A stretch of 61,894 bases of DNA, counting the filler, from Dugesia japonica (taxonomy: Eukaryota), in NCBI GenBank assembly GCA_001938525.1. It is 4 parts of 4 records of this genome, joined end to end, with 100 filler letters (N's around TTAATTAATTAA, not from the genome) between each part and the next. Parts side by side here need not be neighbours in the genome. Positions count along the whole stretch, not along the records: positions 24,170 to 42,040 come from MQRL01578089.1; 3 more parts are not named here. The stretch is one strand, 5' to 3'. Position numbers and translations under genes: made by a program. The notes beneath the pieces are model-generated. The model worked only from the letters and a program-made list of their open reading frames with translations, did not search any database and was not told the DNA's origin. This document shows, in pieces, positions 26,960 through 40,466 of the stretch; position 1 is the first letter of the stretch, and each line of letters starts with the position of its first letter.

Positions 26960-27880
26960 AAATCATTTTTAAACGATGGAAAAATAATTTAAATATTTAC
27001 TAGAAGTAAATTAAATGTTTTCAAATTTACTAAAGGTATGCTTTAATCTTTTTTTGAATAAAATTTACATCCTTTGTAATATTAAAATTAATAATCTTTC
27101 TATCAAGAAAGCTAAATTTTGTTAGTTTTTCACTTTTAAATAGAGTATTAATTGAAGTTTGATTTATTGAATTTGAAATTTTATTAATAAAGTTTTTATT
27201 ATTAATAGGTTGAATATTTCCATCTAAATTGGAATATAGTTTTAAATTAAAATTAAAATTATCAATGTTAATTTTAACTTCTGTCTAATTTTTAAATTTA
27301 TATTTCTTTATAATTACAATTATTGTGAGAATAATTGTTGGACTTAACCATTGATCGGATTTGAGATTTCATAAATNNNNNNNNNNNNNNNNNNNNNNNN
27401 NNNNNNNNNNNNNNNNNNNNNNNNNNGCTTCGATCAAAACAAAACAAAATTTATTTGTAAAAAAGTTCAAATTTTCGACAATAGTCTTCTTCAGGAACAA
27501 AATCAAGGAATTAAAATCAAGATTAATGATTATAAATTAAGGATTACATTAATATTATTCGGGGGGGATTCACTTCAAAATTAAAAATGTTGGTTATTTT
27601 TCTATCTTATTGGATCTTATTTTTGCCTCCTAGTTAATTCAATATCCCCAATACAAAACTTTCTTTAGTAAAATATTAAAATTATCAGGCTACAATTAAG
27701 ACTCAAATGCTTCTATTCAGGCTAGAACTATTTCCAATCAACCTAGGTGTTGTTCGAAGGAATTTTCAAATAAGGAAACATCATCCTGTCCAATAAAGTA
27801 TTGTTTCCAATTTTCATAAGTCGTTGGAATATTGCTGGGGTTGAGCTCGGACTAAATTAAATTCTTTTAAATTCATACTG
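26960..27880 (-). mobile_element. Penelope-like element junction: decayed GIY-YIG 3' end, hammerhead, next ORF start
   Basis: QYFIGQ...FEQH and DNFNIL remnants. 27290-27500 is related to 31480-31660. Confidence 0.55.
27465..27498 (-). ncRNA. Minimal type I hammerhead ribozyme candidate
   Basis: gttc-CTGAAGA-a-gac-tatt-gtc-GAAA-at-tt-gaac: intact core, stems I and II, palindromic AATT in place of stem III. Confidence 0.65.
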
Positions 27881-27939
27881 TTCTCTCTTGGTATTGAATG
27901 GTGGTATTTTTTTATCCGCCAATTTACTTGGACACTGTA

Positions 27940-28330
27940 TCATCAATTAGATAATTCTAAAACGCTAAATATCTTTGCACCACCTAGTTCATAGAAAAGC
28001 TGAGAAGTTTTTGAAATAGGATAAATTGGTTTTATTGTGACTAAGTTTAACTTTTGGTAGTCAACACAATATCTTATGTCACCTTTTTTTTAGTGATACA
28101 TACTAAAGGTAAATTTCACGGATTTTCTCCTATTCTAATTATTTTTTTTTCAATAAACCTGTAATTAAATTACCCACTTTATTCTCAAGTCATACAGGTA
28201 TTCGTTTAGGTGAAACAGCGACCGGTCTTTCTTCTTTAGTGGCAATGCGGGGCTTTAGTTTTTTATAATGACCAATATTTATATTTATATTAAATATACC
28301 AGCGTATTTTAATATTAATCTCTTAATCTT
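27940..28330 (-). mobile_element. Ty3/gypsy RT N-terminal fragment
   Basis: GDIRYCVDYQKLNLVT...YPI...LGGAKIFS. Confidence 0.8.
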
Positions 28331-29008
28331 TTTCTATATTCTAGAGCAAGAGTGTCAAACTCATTCATATCTGCATCCTGCAAACAGTACTTGCTGGTTT
28401 TATAGGGACATACTTTCATTTTTGCTCTAAGGAATTGATAAAATATTTTATTTTTTCTATACTATCCACCATCTTTAAATTAGGGATGTAATTCTTGAAT
28501 TTCTAAATGTTTCGCAGCATCATTTCCAATATGAAAATTTGGCAGATTCTAAACCATGCTTAATGTATTCGATAAAAATTTGTGAAACTCTGCATTTGAC
28601 CCCATGCTAAAAGACGAATTACTGAACAATATTTAATTAATTCAAAACCTCTTTTATTTCATTTAATCTCAATATTTAAACATTTCTTTTTAGTTTAAAT
28701 ATTATATCATACTTTTCTAATTATAATTTACAATGTAAAGTTAATAATTATATTTCAAATCGAAGATTACTATTACAAAAATAAATAAATACACATTTTA
28801 GAAAAAAATAAGCGTATGAATTTGAAATTCATTTCTGAAATTCTAAATAAAAATTTCCAACTCACTTTACAAATTTCAATTTTTTCCCTACAACGCAAAT
28901 TAGTTATTTCCTTGACAAAAATTAAAAATTCTGAATCATAATTTAAATATAAATCCTCACAGAATGATATTTTGAATTTAAATAGATAGAAAGTATTTCT
29001 AAATTATT

Positions 29009-29980
29009 TTATGAAGAGATCGTTTTACTTGTAACAATAATTTCTGGTTTTCCATNACAAATTAGATTAATCAATAAATTACCAATTCCAGTGTAGAATT
29101 GAACAATATTGGAATATTCACCATCTTTATGTTTGTTATGTTTATCAAACTTTGTGATTGGTTTAACCCTAACTGAATAAACTTTATTCACTATTAAATC
29201 TGAAAGTTGGTATGTTTTTGAATCTGAATCGATTAATTTCAATTTAGATTTATTCGTGAAAAGTATTTATTGATTACTATTAACATTAATTGTATTATTT
29301 CTTGAATCATTATTCCAATATTCCAATTGATAATCGATACATTTATCTGAACCAGAATATGTCCAATTTATTCTGCGCGTTGTTTCATATCCTGATGAAA
29401 TATTTTCCAAGTTCACTTTAGATAAATCTAATTTAACATTGTAAAAAATTATTTAATAAACTTAAAATCGATTTTACTTGGTGATAGTGTTGAATTACAA
29501 AATGTTTTGCTGTCTGGTGATGTTCCGGCATCGTTGAAAGTTGATATATTGAAACAATATTGATGGCACTGCATTAAATTAGTTATAGTTGTCTCAGTTG
29601 TATTATAGTTCGATTCTATTGAAAAATTCAAGTATTTTATTCTATATCCCATTATTGTATTATTGGTATTTTTAATTTCCTCGGCTGGCCATTTCATTAT
29701 AAAATAACTTTCATTTCTTTCTTTGAATTCTAACCGAGTTGTATTAGTTGGTTCTAGATTCACACAACATAAAATTTACAGTAAATCAATTTTTTACTTC
29801 CCAAATTATGTTCAATTGATTGATTATTTAACTCTTGAGTTTGATTTTGATGTCTTCCATAAATTTCTACAGAAAATCTCGATATCTTGTTATTAAACTT
29901 TATTGTTTCGTTGAATTTAGAATTGAAACTAATTGAATTATTCAAAAATTCAGAACAATTATTATGTGATCTATTCGTCT
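29009..29980 (-). CDS. Spliced fibronectin type III repeat gene or pseudogene (receptor/adhesion ectodomain-like)
   Basis: Two FN3 patterns (MKW..IMGYRIKY..ITNL..QY.FNISTFNDAG.SPDS and INW..YQLEY..LSDL..VYSVRV..GEYSN). Frames are joined by GT-AG phase-1 introns of 44, 50 and 54 nt. Both ends unresolved. Confidence 0.8.
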
Positions 29981-30703
29981 GAAATTAATAATGAACAATA
30001 ATGATAGGATATTGACAATTTTTATTGATAAAAAATATCAGGCCCGAAACAAGGAAGATGCAACTGTTACCGCAGCAAAAAATTATTTTATGATTTCATT
30101 TTAAAGTCGTTTACTGAAATGAAAAGATAGTCTGAAGCGTATGTTGAAAACATACAACCCAGTTTCTATATCCAAAACAATTTACGACAGTCTATAATAT
30201 CGTGATAATTATTTTTAAATGCAACTGTCGACTGGTTTGCTGTTGTCTGTAGTGTATCAGATATGATACGAAGTGATGCTTAAACTTCCATAATGATTTT
30301 TAAACTATTGGACTTTTAATAATAACTTATTTGATAATCAATTTCGTAGCTCGTGCCGCATGCATATGGATCCCTTAATGCATTACAAACACAAATGCCA
30401 CAGTTAATGGTATCACTGAACAAAGTTTCTGAAAATTCGTCCGATCAAGAAACGATCACTGGAACGATTACCGGACTTTTTACAAAACGGATCATATGTA
30501 ATCAATACACATACCTCAATTTGGAAGGTTCTTGCAAAAAGCGACAAAAATCATCCAAATTTGACCAGAATAATTATTATCGAGGAAATTTTGTATCTAA
30601 ATTTACCAAAAATCCTAACTGGTCTAATGTGCACAAATCCTCATTTATTATAAACGACTTATAAATTTAATTAATATTTAACTAATTTTATTTATAAGTA
30701 ACT

Positions 30704-32090
30704 AGTAGATAGATAGTTCAGCACATTTACAGTACACCCCCAGGGTATTTTTAAGGTCAAGTGTGCCTGATATTTAAGCGTGGGTTTGGTGGATATGGTG
30801 TGTGTGTGTGTAAAAGTAAAAGGGAACTTGAGGAGGGTGTGGGGTATTGATTTTAACTTTATCGGGAGTTTTATGATATGGGTGTGTTGGAATCCAAATA
30901 CTATATTAACTAAATGACGTACGGGGTAGGATCGATGGTTTAGTCTACAAGGGGTGGTAGCACACTATCACATCGTATGAGTTATCGCGCGTTCATTGTT
31001 TGGCGGTTTGTTTTGGTAAAGATTTGTGGGTAGTAGATTGATTTTGGTGGTTGATAGCTTTTTGGGGAAAAGGTGTGATGGAGAGTATGGTGGTTGTAGA
31101 TTGGATGGGAAATTGAGGATTTTTTAATTGATAATTTGATTGGTTAAGTTTGGTAAGTAATATAATGTGGTTAAAAAATTTCCGTCGGGCGAAAAGTGTA
31201 TGGGTAGAAAATCAATTAATTATAGATGATTATAATATTTAAATGAATTTATTTCGTGAGATGGGGGTGGTGTAATGAATTTTTGAAAAATGGTGATTTT
31301 TAATAAAAAATGATGATTTTATTTAAAATGATGTTTTATTGAAATTAAATATATTTTTTTAGCAGTCTTCATATTTTGCAAGGGATGGGGCAGTCTTGAT
31401 ATGTTAAATTTTAATAACATGATAAATTATTCCAAGAGAAAAATCTTTGAGAAATTTTCATTAAGTAATATTTAATCTATATTTAATATTGTATATTTAT
31501 TGTTTTACAATTGCAATAACTGCGAGAATATATTTTGGACGTAACCATTGATCATTTTTTAGAATTCATTTAAAATAAAAGCTTCGATCAAAATTGTTTT
31601 TTTTGTTTTTTGAGATTGATTCGGTATTTTGACTTAGTTTTCGTCAGGAATTGACTTTTGTATATATATATATATAGTCTGTATTTGATCGAATCATTTT
31701 TTTTATCACAATCGGAGATTTTGATCCTGTGGAAAGGGGTTGGGGGAAGTTTGATTTTAAAAATTTGTGTGTTTAGAAAGTTGTGACGGTTAATTTGAAT
31801 TGGGTTTGTTGTAGAAATAGTGTGTGTGTAAATGTAAAAGAGTTAACTCCAGAGGGTTATGGAGGAATTGATTTTAGAAGTTTTCATGAAATTGTCATGT
31901 AAGGACTACAATAATTTATATACATTGTCTAAAGGACGTCCGGGGTAGGTCGGATGGTTCTCTCTGCAAGGGGTGGTGGTACTGCATAAGTAAAGCTGAT
32001 GATTTACCGCGCGCTCATTTTTGGGATCTTAATAGGTTTTTCGGTATTTCTTGGGTTCCGGTGGGTTATGGCTTGTTGAAGAGGTAATAT
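30704..32090 (+). mobile_element. Non-coding element with the 21-nt terminus motif and a diverged internal duplication about 1.0 kb apart
   Basis: AGTAGATAGATAGTTCAGCAC at 30704-30724. 30800-31000 resembles 31820-32020. Confidence 0.55.
31619..31651 (-). ncRNA. Degenerate minimal hammerhead-like motif (Penelope-type)
   Basis: attc-CTGACGA-aaactaagtc-AAAA-tacc-gaat, sharing the gcttcgatcaaaa flank with the 27465 copy. Confidence 0.4.
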
Positions 32091-32092
32091 GA

Positions 32093-34570
32093 TAGGTCCG
32101 CACTGGCAGTTTTTTTATTAAATGGGTCAAATTATTCGTTATTTGTTTAAATGAGATGTAATTATTTATTATTTATTTAAATCAGGTGGAATTATTTTTT
32201 TTGTTTAAATTAAATAATTTTAATGTTTTCATTACAAAGAATTGTAACACATTACACTAAATTACATTCTATCTCACAAANATTTCATTCAATATAGTAA
32301 ACTCTAAGTAGCCACATAAAATTTCTAAACCAGTACATAAAAAGTATAATTCATCATGCTTAAGTTATATAAAAGTCATTAAAATTATTTATAAATACAT
32401 ATAAGTCAATAAAAATTTCAAACATTGTATATTTACATTTAAAAGTATTTAAAATTACACAGAAGTATTAAATAACATTTAAAGATTACATAGAAAATAA
32501 TAAAATTTCTACGTGAACACATAAAAATTCAAACCAACCAATTAAACTTATAATCCATGCCACTAAAATTATATTCCATAACGCTAAAATCCTATTTTAT
32601 TGGACAAAATTCATAGTCAACACATAAAAATTATAATCCATGCATTAAAATTACTTTTATCAAACAAAATTCTTAGACATCTCATAAAACCTCTAAGCAA
32701 ACACATTCAATTTCTAAGTCATCACATAATTTCTAGTTTGTTACATAAAATTTCTTAGTCAACACATATAAACTCTAATCAACAAGTAAACTTATAATTT
32801 GTCACACTAAAAATATATTTCGTCACATTGAAATTTATAAGTCAACGGTTTAAAATTATAATCCATCTCACAAAAGTCTAATTTGATTCATAAAAATTAA
32901 CACTGAACAAGTAAATTTCAAAGTCAACACATAAAAAAGTATATCGCACTAAAATTAAAATCTGTCACACAGAATTGTAACACATTACACTAAATTACAT
33001 TCAATCTCCCAAACATTTTATTCAATAAAGTAAACTTCCAAGTAGTCACATAAAACTTCATTACATACAAATTATAATTCATCATGTTAAAGTTATATAA
33101 AAGTCATTAAAATTATTTAAAAATATGCACAAGTCAATAAAACATTTCAAACATTTTATATTTCTATTAAAAATTTTATAAATTACACCGAGGTATTCAA
33201 TAACAATCAAAAATTACATAGAAAATAATAAAATTTCTAAGTCAGCAGATAAAAATTCCAACCAACAAATTAAATTTATAATCAATCACACTAAAAATAT
33301 AGTTCATCACATTAAAATTTCTAGGTCAACGCTTTAAAANNNNNNNNNNNNNNNNNNNNNNNNNNNNNNNNNNNNNNNNNNNNNNNNNNNNNNNNNNNNN
33401 NNNNNNNNNNNNNNNNNNNNNAAATATTTCAACATGGAAAATAATCACTTTGTCATGGAAAATTATAGTTTCATTACAAAACATAGACACTTCATCGTAG
33501 AATATACAGGTATCATTATGGTAAATACGCGAGTCATCAAAAAAAATTAGAGACAACTTTATAATTATTATAATTATTATGAATTAAAATTTATCTGTTT
33601 AAATTTAATAAGGATATAATTAAACAGTTTAAATTTAAGACAAATTAAAATTTATCAGTTTGAAGTTATTAAGAATCAAAGTTTAGCAGCTTATAATTAA
33701 GATGTATCAAAATTATCAATTTAAATTTAATATGAATCAAATTTTATCTGCTTAAAATTAATACAATTCAAAATTAAACAGTTTAAAATTAATATAANNN
33801 NNAATTTAAAATTGATCAGTTAGAATTAATGTTTTTTAAATTGATTTTTCTAAATCATATTAATTAAAATATGTCTAACAATTATTTATTAAACATATTA
33901 ATTAAATATGACTTGAATGGAATAATTTCATCATTATTTCGCTATTTTAACAATATCAAGTAAGATTTTTATTTAATTTGCTATATTATTAATTTTATTT
34001 TATATTATTTAGAAAAACTTATTATGATTTGTCTTAGATGTAGTATGACAATTTATTATGATCAATGTTATGAAATCTTATTTTTGATAAATGTTGCTAT
34101 AAATTTGATTAACTATGACTATAAGTAAAGAGTTATGTTATTTAAATTAAATGGTAATGTTTTTCTTAAATGATTTAATTTAAAAACTTTTACTAATGCT
34201 TTTTTTAATGATAATAATTAATGATTTTCTGTAATTATTTAATTTAAAGATTTTTTAATAACAGTTGACTTTGAATTCTTTACAATTTTGTGGATCTGGA
34301 TGTACCCAAACATTGTCTTCGACGATTAAGTGTTGCCCGGTGCTTCTAATGTTAATATTGCTCTGGAAAATATACTTTCTGGAAACAAAAATCAATAAAA
34401 TTCGTTAATTTTACTTAATTTCAACAAAAATTCAGAAATTTCACTTCATTTAAACAAAAAAAGAAATAATTCCATCCGATTTAAATAAATAATAAATAAT
34501 TTCATTTGATTTAAACAAATAATGAATAATTTGACCCATTTATTAAAAGAAACTACCAGTGCGGACCTAT
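32093..34570. repeat. Segment bounded by about 120-bp inverted repeats, containing an about 730-bp direct duplication
   Basis: ataggtccgcactgg... (32093-32210) is inverted at 34449-34570. 32235 and 32967 start alike. 33090-33340 recurs inverted at 16800-17045. Confidence 0.75.
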
Positions 34571-34616
34571 TGAAACAAAACAAAGCCCCCAAGTACTGCA
34601 ATTGAAAATCAAGTTG

Positions 34617-34718
34617 TGCCCGTGGGCTCCTATCGAAAAAACACTTTGCCCGTGCGCTCCTATGGAAAAAAATTGGGGTACAGAATGCACTGATCCCGTG
34701 CGCTCCTAAGTACCTACT
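34617..34718 (-). repeat. 21-nt terminus motif (34698-34718) with iterated cccgtgcgctccta
   Basis: Reverse complement AGTAGGTACTTAGGAGCGCAC; the core occurs three times. Confidence 0.6.
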
Positions 34719-34995
34719 AGAGTTTATGAGTGTTAGAAGAAAAATAAATGCTAGTAAAAATTATATTAATGACATAATTTTTCAGGTTTATATTGGGAAA
34801 ATCTTTAATGATTTCGTAATCGAGGACATATTCATTCAAAAATACATCATTCTTAATAAGCATTTAATTTAATATTACAATCAAACATGCATACCAAAAC
34901 CCATATGTAAAGTAATTTTTAACCCTTGTTTTCACAAAACTAATTTGTTAGTATTGTGTAATAAATTGGTAAATTTAATTTTCATTAATTAATTA

Positions 34996-35800
34996 TAACA
35001 TTCCCTCCTCCTTATATGGCTTTAGCCATTCTATGTTACGAACTACTTTGGTTCCATTTATGTCCATTAACCCGTAATTAATTTCGAGTAATTTATTAAT
35101 AATTCTAAATTAACCTTTAAATTTATTATTCTGTTTATTTCGGACACCAATTTTAATTAACACACGATCATCGATCTTAAATAATCTTTGTGTTCTACGC
35201 TCATTATCATAATTATTTACCCTATTATTAGCATTTATAATCCTTTTAATTTTGTCTCTTAAATTATTTGTCTTTTTTATAAGTTATTTCATCAATAATT
35301 TCATCATTAGTGCTAATTAATCTTTCTTTCAATATTCTCTTGCAAAATATAATTTCTGTCGGTGTAAAGTTGACACTTTTTTGAATGGTTGTGTTAGGTA
35401 AGGCCTCTTCTCATGTTTTTTTTATAATTTATCATTTAAACTAGAAGAAATCCAATCGCGTATTGTTCACAATTGTCTTTCAACTTGTTTATTTGTCTGA
35501 TGATGGTAAGGACTTGAATATTTAATAATAGAATTATATTTAAATGCCATTTTTCTAAAGGAATCTGAATCAAAACATTTACAATGATCTACATTAACTA
35601 TTTTTAATGCTCATATTTTAATATCAAATCATTGATAATAATTTTTGTGATAAAACTTTCATCTTGAGAACAAATAGCCTTTAATACAATATACTTACTG
35701 AATTGGTCCCCAAATATCTATATAAATACTTTGAAAAGTTTCTAATTCATTAATCTTTGTACATTGGTTTCTTTGCTTGTTCTTTGGTTTTTATGGGTTT
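34996..35800 (-). mobile_element. Ty3/gypsy integrase 3' fragment with PPT and LTR start
   Basis: YSSPYHHQTNKQVER..TIRDWI; AAGGAGGAGGGAA-TGTTA at 35013-34996. Confidence 0.8.
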
Positions 35801-36222
35801 AAATTTCTTTTAAATACGTAATTATCAGTCAGTAAAATCAATCATTTGACTATAATTTATACATTATTATATATATTTTTATTATTATATTTTATTATTA
35901 TATTTTATTATTCTATTTATATTTATTATATTTATATTCATTATTATATTTTATCATAGAAAATTAAGGACTTATCATACAAAATACAAATTTTACCATT
36001 AGAAAAGTTTGGATATAGAAAATATTTAATAGAGTTAATCTAGTCACTAATTATACCGCCTATATTCTATACATAGTCATTTAATGTGCTTAATTTTTCT
36101 ACTTTTTATCAATTTTCACTCATCTTTCTATCATTTTTCCTACTTTAGTCATTTCTCATCATTTCCTCATATTTCCTCTATTTACCCCTATTTAGCCATA
36201 TTCCATTATTTTCTACCATTTC

Positions 36223-36462
36223 AGTATAATTAAAATGGGCGTAATCGACCCCATACAATTTTTTTTCATTTTTTCGCCGTAGTAAAAATNATCACTTTTA
36301 TGGCTTTTCTATCCAAAAGAGTGAAAAAGGTAAAAAGCGTTTTAAATTGGAAAAATTCTTATAAAATTTGTAAATTTCAATAAATGAGAGATATTATTTA
36401 GAAAACGGCTCAAAAATGAAAACAAATCGCACGAGGTCGTTTACGCCCATTTTAATACTACT
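36223..36462. mobile_element. 240-bp MITE-like element with AGT termini
   Basis: Inverted ends agtataattaaaatgggcgtaatcgacc and agtagtattaaaatgggcgtaaacgacc; no TSD seen. Confidence 0.6.
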
Positions 36463-36776
36463 AAACTTTGATAAATTTACACCATCTTAAATAAATAAGA
36501 TAAATAAAATGTGTTACTATCTTTAGAGTTCCATACATGGAACATTTATTTATAGTAACTATATACAATTCAATTAAATTTAAATGGAATTATTAAATAA
36601 ATTTATAATTATGAGTAAACAATTAAAAGGATTTGAACATCCTCTACAGACTATAGTGGATATTTTCCAACAAAGAAATATTGATATAGAAACACAATTT
36701 AATTATGATAATTATTAATTAAATGGTTTTAAATAAAATTTTTGAGAAAAATAAATATTATAATAAGCCTAAGAAA

Positions 36777-38126
36777 ATGGCTACATCTGAACAGAAATCT
36801 AAGCTTAATTTGAATTATAATAAAGAATTTAAACATGATACATGTATTAAGAAAACTATATATTAAAGATTTCTCCAACATCTAGTTCTATTTCTAACTT
36901 AAATAAATCGGGGGACATTGCTTTACAATCTTTACAATCTTTGAGTCCTTTAGATATTTGTAACGCGCGATTATATTATAAAANNNNNNNNNNNNNNNNN
37001 NNNNNNNNNNNNNNNNNNNNNNNNNNNNNNNNNTTGAAATAACTCTTACTACAGATAAAGATGATATAACTTTAGAAAATAATTTCTTTCCTAATTTATT
37101 TAGTAATGTAAGATTGAAATTAGGTTCAACAGAAGTAGAATCAGTTTTAAATCCAGGAGTTTATTCATCTATGTTAAACTTTATTTTAACTGATTCTGAT
37201 TATAAAAAAGAATATGGAGAAATGGCTGGATGGATTCTAGATAACAGTGCGGGAACAAACAATGTTACAGGAGAAGATATTAATAATATTTATTATAAAA
37301 GAAAATTATTATATAATGTCACAAAGAAATTTGAACGTTATTTTGATTTAAAATATTTATTCGGATTTCTACAGAATTATAATAGAGTTATACATAATGT
37401 ATTTATCGAATTTATATGCATCAGACAAGTAGAAGACAAACGTCTATTTTATGGAGCAGACAAATCAACAGCTAAATGTAAGCTAACAACAATAGAGTTA
37501 CATATACCTGAGTGGACGCTTATTACAAGATCAGAAGTAAGTCTATTAGAAAGATTAAATACAAATAAATCTATATATGCAAATTATTTAAATAGAATTT
37601 GTTNTGTTATTGATATGGGTGAAGGATCAACATATTCTGTTAAATTAGCAAATTTAGCTTATAGACCAAGATATATTTTGATTGGTGTTAAAAATACAGA
37701 TATTTCTTTTCAAAAGAATAATAATTTATTTATAGTTACAGATGGAACNNNNNNNNNNNNNNNNNNNNNNNNNNNNNNNNNNNNNNNNNNNNNNNNNNNN
37801 NNNNNNNNNNNNNNNNNNNNNNNNNNNNNNNNNNNNNNNNNNNNNTATTTCCTTTTAGTTCATATGTAAATTGCTGTTAAGAATTTAAAGTTAAGCCACA
37901 ACTTAGTTTACAAGATTTCAATAAATTATATCCCATATTTTGTATTGATACTTCAGCACAAGACGATAAATTAGCGATTAATAATGTTAATGTTACTTAA
38001 GATTGTACAAAAGATACAGGTTTCAAAGCCAAATTATATTGTTTAATTCTTGAAAAAAAGAAAATTGAAATGAGATTAAGTGGAGAAACAATAGGTATAA
38101 TAGAAAATGTTAGAGGAGATGTATAA
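36777..38126 (+). pseudogene. Major capsid protein (double jelly-roll, Polinton type)
   Basis: NLNKSG, NNFFPNLFSNVRLKLGSTEVE...NPG..S.M...AGW, LKYLFGF..YNRVI, RPRYILIG, YPIFCIDTSAQ, LYCLIL. Confidence 0.88.
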
Positions 38127-38137
38127 TTTTTATAAAA

Positions 38138-38714
38138 ATGAATGAAAAAAATTGGTATTGTAATGTATGTAATTCTTCTACTTTACTTAAACATAAAGCT
38201 AGACATGAAAGAACGGATTAGAAATCTTAATTCCTCCGTCGGAAGAATAATTATAAAAAGATCNTCTATGATGACTAATTGTAAACCAATATATACATCA
38301 TTGACGATGACTAATCGAAATACTATTAATAAATTTCCTTGGGAGAAAACTGGTGGAATTATTCAATCTTCTAAAGTTACTTCATTATTATTAAAACCGT
38401 TTACTACTAAAAAATATCCTGGTGAAAGACATTTATTTAGACATAGTCATACTGGACCAAATACAAGATTAGATATTAGATTAGATGAAAATAATAATCC
38501 TTTACCAGGAGAAGAACCAATAAATAAAGTTGATTCTGCAACATTAAAACATGATATTGCTTATAAATAAAAAGATTTATGAGATAGACGTATTGATGAT
38601 GTAAATTTAATTCATGATTTAAATAATATTGAAAATCCTTCATTTAAAGAAAAGATTCAAAGAGCTTTAGTTAAATTAGCTATGAAAGGAAAAATATTAG
38701 TTGAGGAGGATTAA
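38138..38714 (+). pseudogene. Zn-finger-like N-terminus plus parvovirus VP1u-like phospholipase A2 domain
   Basis: WYCNVC..KHKARHER, then GERHL..HTGPNTRL...PINKVDSATLKHDIAY...R.DD. Confidence 0.85.
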
Positions 38715-39620
38715 ATAGAGTTTCTAAAGATATAGCTAATCAAAAGATTATTGAATAATCTAAGCAAGAACGCAAAGAAAAAGAGGAAAACGATACTAAA
38801 ATTATTGAACCGCAAGATGATCAAATAAATTATGCATCTAAATTGCACCATGAATATAGAAAAACAAAAAAATTTTTAAAAGTAGAAATACATAATAAAG
38901 ATCACACATGGGGATGCAATATTGAAGATATGGTTAAAAAATCCACCGACCACGAAAAGTTTCGTTATATTTTAGTTTGCATTGATTTATATACAAGATA
39001 TGCTTTTTGCATACCATTGATAAATAAAACTCAAGAATCTTTAAGAGAAGCTTATGAAAATATATTTGAAGAAAATAATAGAATACCGGATTATATTTGG
39101 TTTGATAAAGAATGAGCAATAAAATCAAAATACTTTGATAAATTTCTAAATGAAAATAATATTAAATTATACCACACAGAGAATGAAGTTAAATCAGTTT
39201 TTGCTGAAAGATTAATAAAATATTAATTAATATTTTACATCAATTGGCAAACAGGAATGGAATAAAGCATTATTAGATAAAATAGTTAATGAATATAATA
39301 ATTCAGTTCATAGCAGTATTAAGTTATCACCAAAAGAAGCATCAGAAAATCCCGAGAAAATAAAAGATATAATTAGTCAGCATAATCATGAGAATGATAA
39401 TATAATAAATAAACAAAGNNNNNNNNNNNNNNNNNNNNNNNNNNNNNNNNNNNNNNNNNATAAATTTGAAAAAGGATATACAACAAAATTTACTAATGAA
39501 ATTTTTATAATAACTAAAGTTTATCATACTAAGCTAATTACATATGGAATAACTGATTTAAATAATGAAGATATATTAGGAAGGTTTTATGATAATGAAT
39601 TACTAAAAACTAATTTCTAG
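38705..39620 (+). pseudogene. Retroviral-type (rve) integrase of Maverick
   Basis: KLHH, RYILVCIDLYTRYAF, IWFDKE, KSVFAERL, YNNSVHSSIKLSP, FEKGY...EIFII...GRFY. Confidence 0.93.
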
Positions 39621-39629
39621 GTGAATTAC

Positions 39630-40447
39630 TAAAATAAATTTTCAATAATCTCTTATTTTTCTCAATCTAAATAAATATAATTATATTTATCTTTGCAGTG
39701 ATTTCCAATAAAATTATCAAAGGATAATTTATCTGGCTTTATATTACTAATTAAATCTTGATAAACCATATCTTTATCTCTTTTGTTTAACTTGAAAAAT
39801 ATATAACAATTAGAATTATTTATTTATAATTATAGTTATTTTATTATAATTAAGTTTGAGAGATATAAATAACATTAGAATTATTATGTCTCCCTCGAGT
39901 AAAATATGATTTCTGAATATCTTGATTTTTCATATTTACTACATCGCCAAATATGACTAAATTCTTTTTATTTTTAGGAAGATTATCACAATAAATAATA
40001 TCTTCAGGTTTATTAGANAATGTAACATCAATTTTATTTTCCTCATTTATATATTCATTTTTGTTTTGTATATCAGAATTAATAATATTTTTTATACCAT
40101 TCAACAATACTATATGCAGTATTTACTTCATCTGGTATTCTGTCTTGATTATTAAATATATTTAAAATAACTTTCTTAGTTAAATTATTCTCTAAACCTT
40201 CTTTTAATATTTGTAATTTAATTTGATTTATAGTTGTAGAATAAAATATTAAATTGTTATAATCCATAAAATTATCAGCTAATAATATCTTCATTAATAA
40301 TACATTCTTTCCACAACCAGAATAACCAATAATTAATAATCTAAAATTATTCGGTAAAAGTTTATTATTAAATAATGTTTTATTTTTATTCCAAATTGGT
40401 AAGTCGGACACTTTGTGTCCTGTTGATGAAGTCAAATCCGTGTTCAT
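39630..40447 (-). pseudogene. A32/FtsK-like DNA packaging ATPase
   Basis: Walker A IIGYSGCGK, degenerate Walker B LVIFGD, YFTRGRHNN..VIYISQ. Confidence 0.92.
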
Positions 40448-40466
40448 TTTATTATTTTTAAAAATA

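Noticed and set aside
30353-30664. 103-aa ORF
   Set aside because: GTG start, no recognisable motif and no supporting splice context.
30704-34718. Single element bounded by two inward-facing terminus motifs
   Set aside because: The flanks (gtaact versus agagtt) give no TSD and the subterminal sequences differ.
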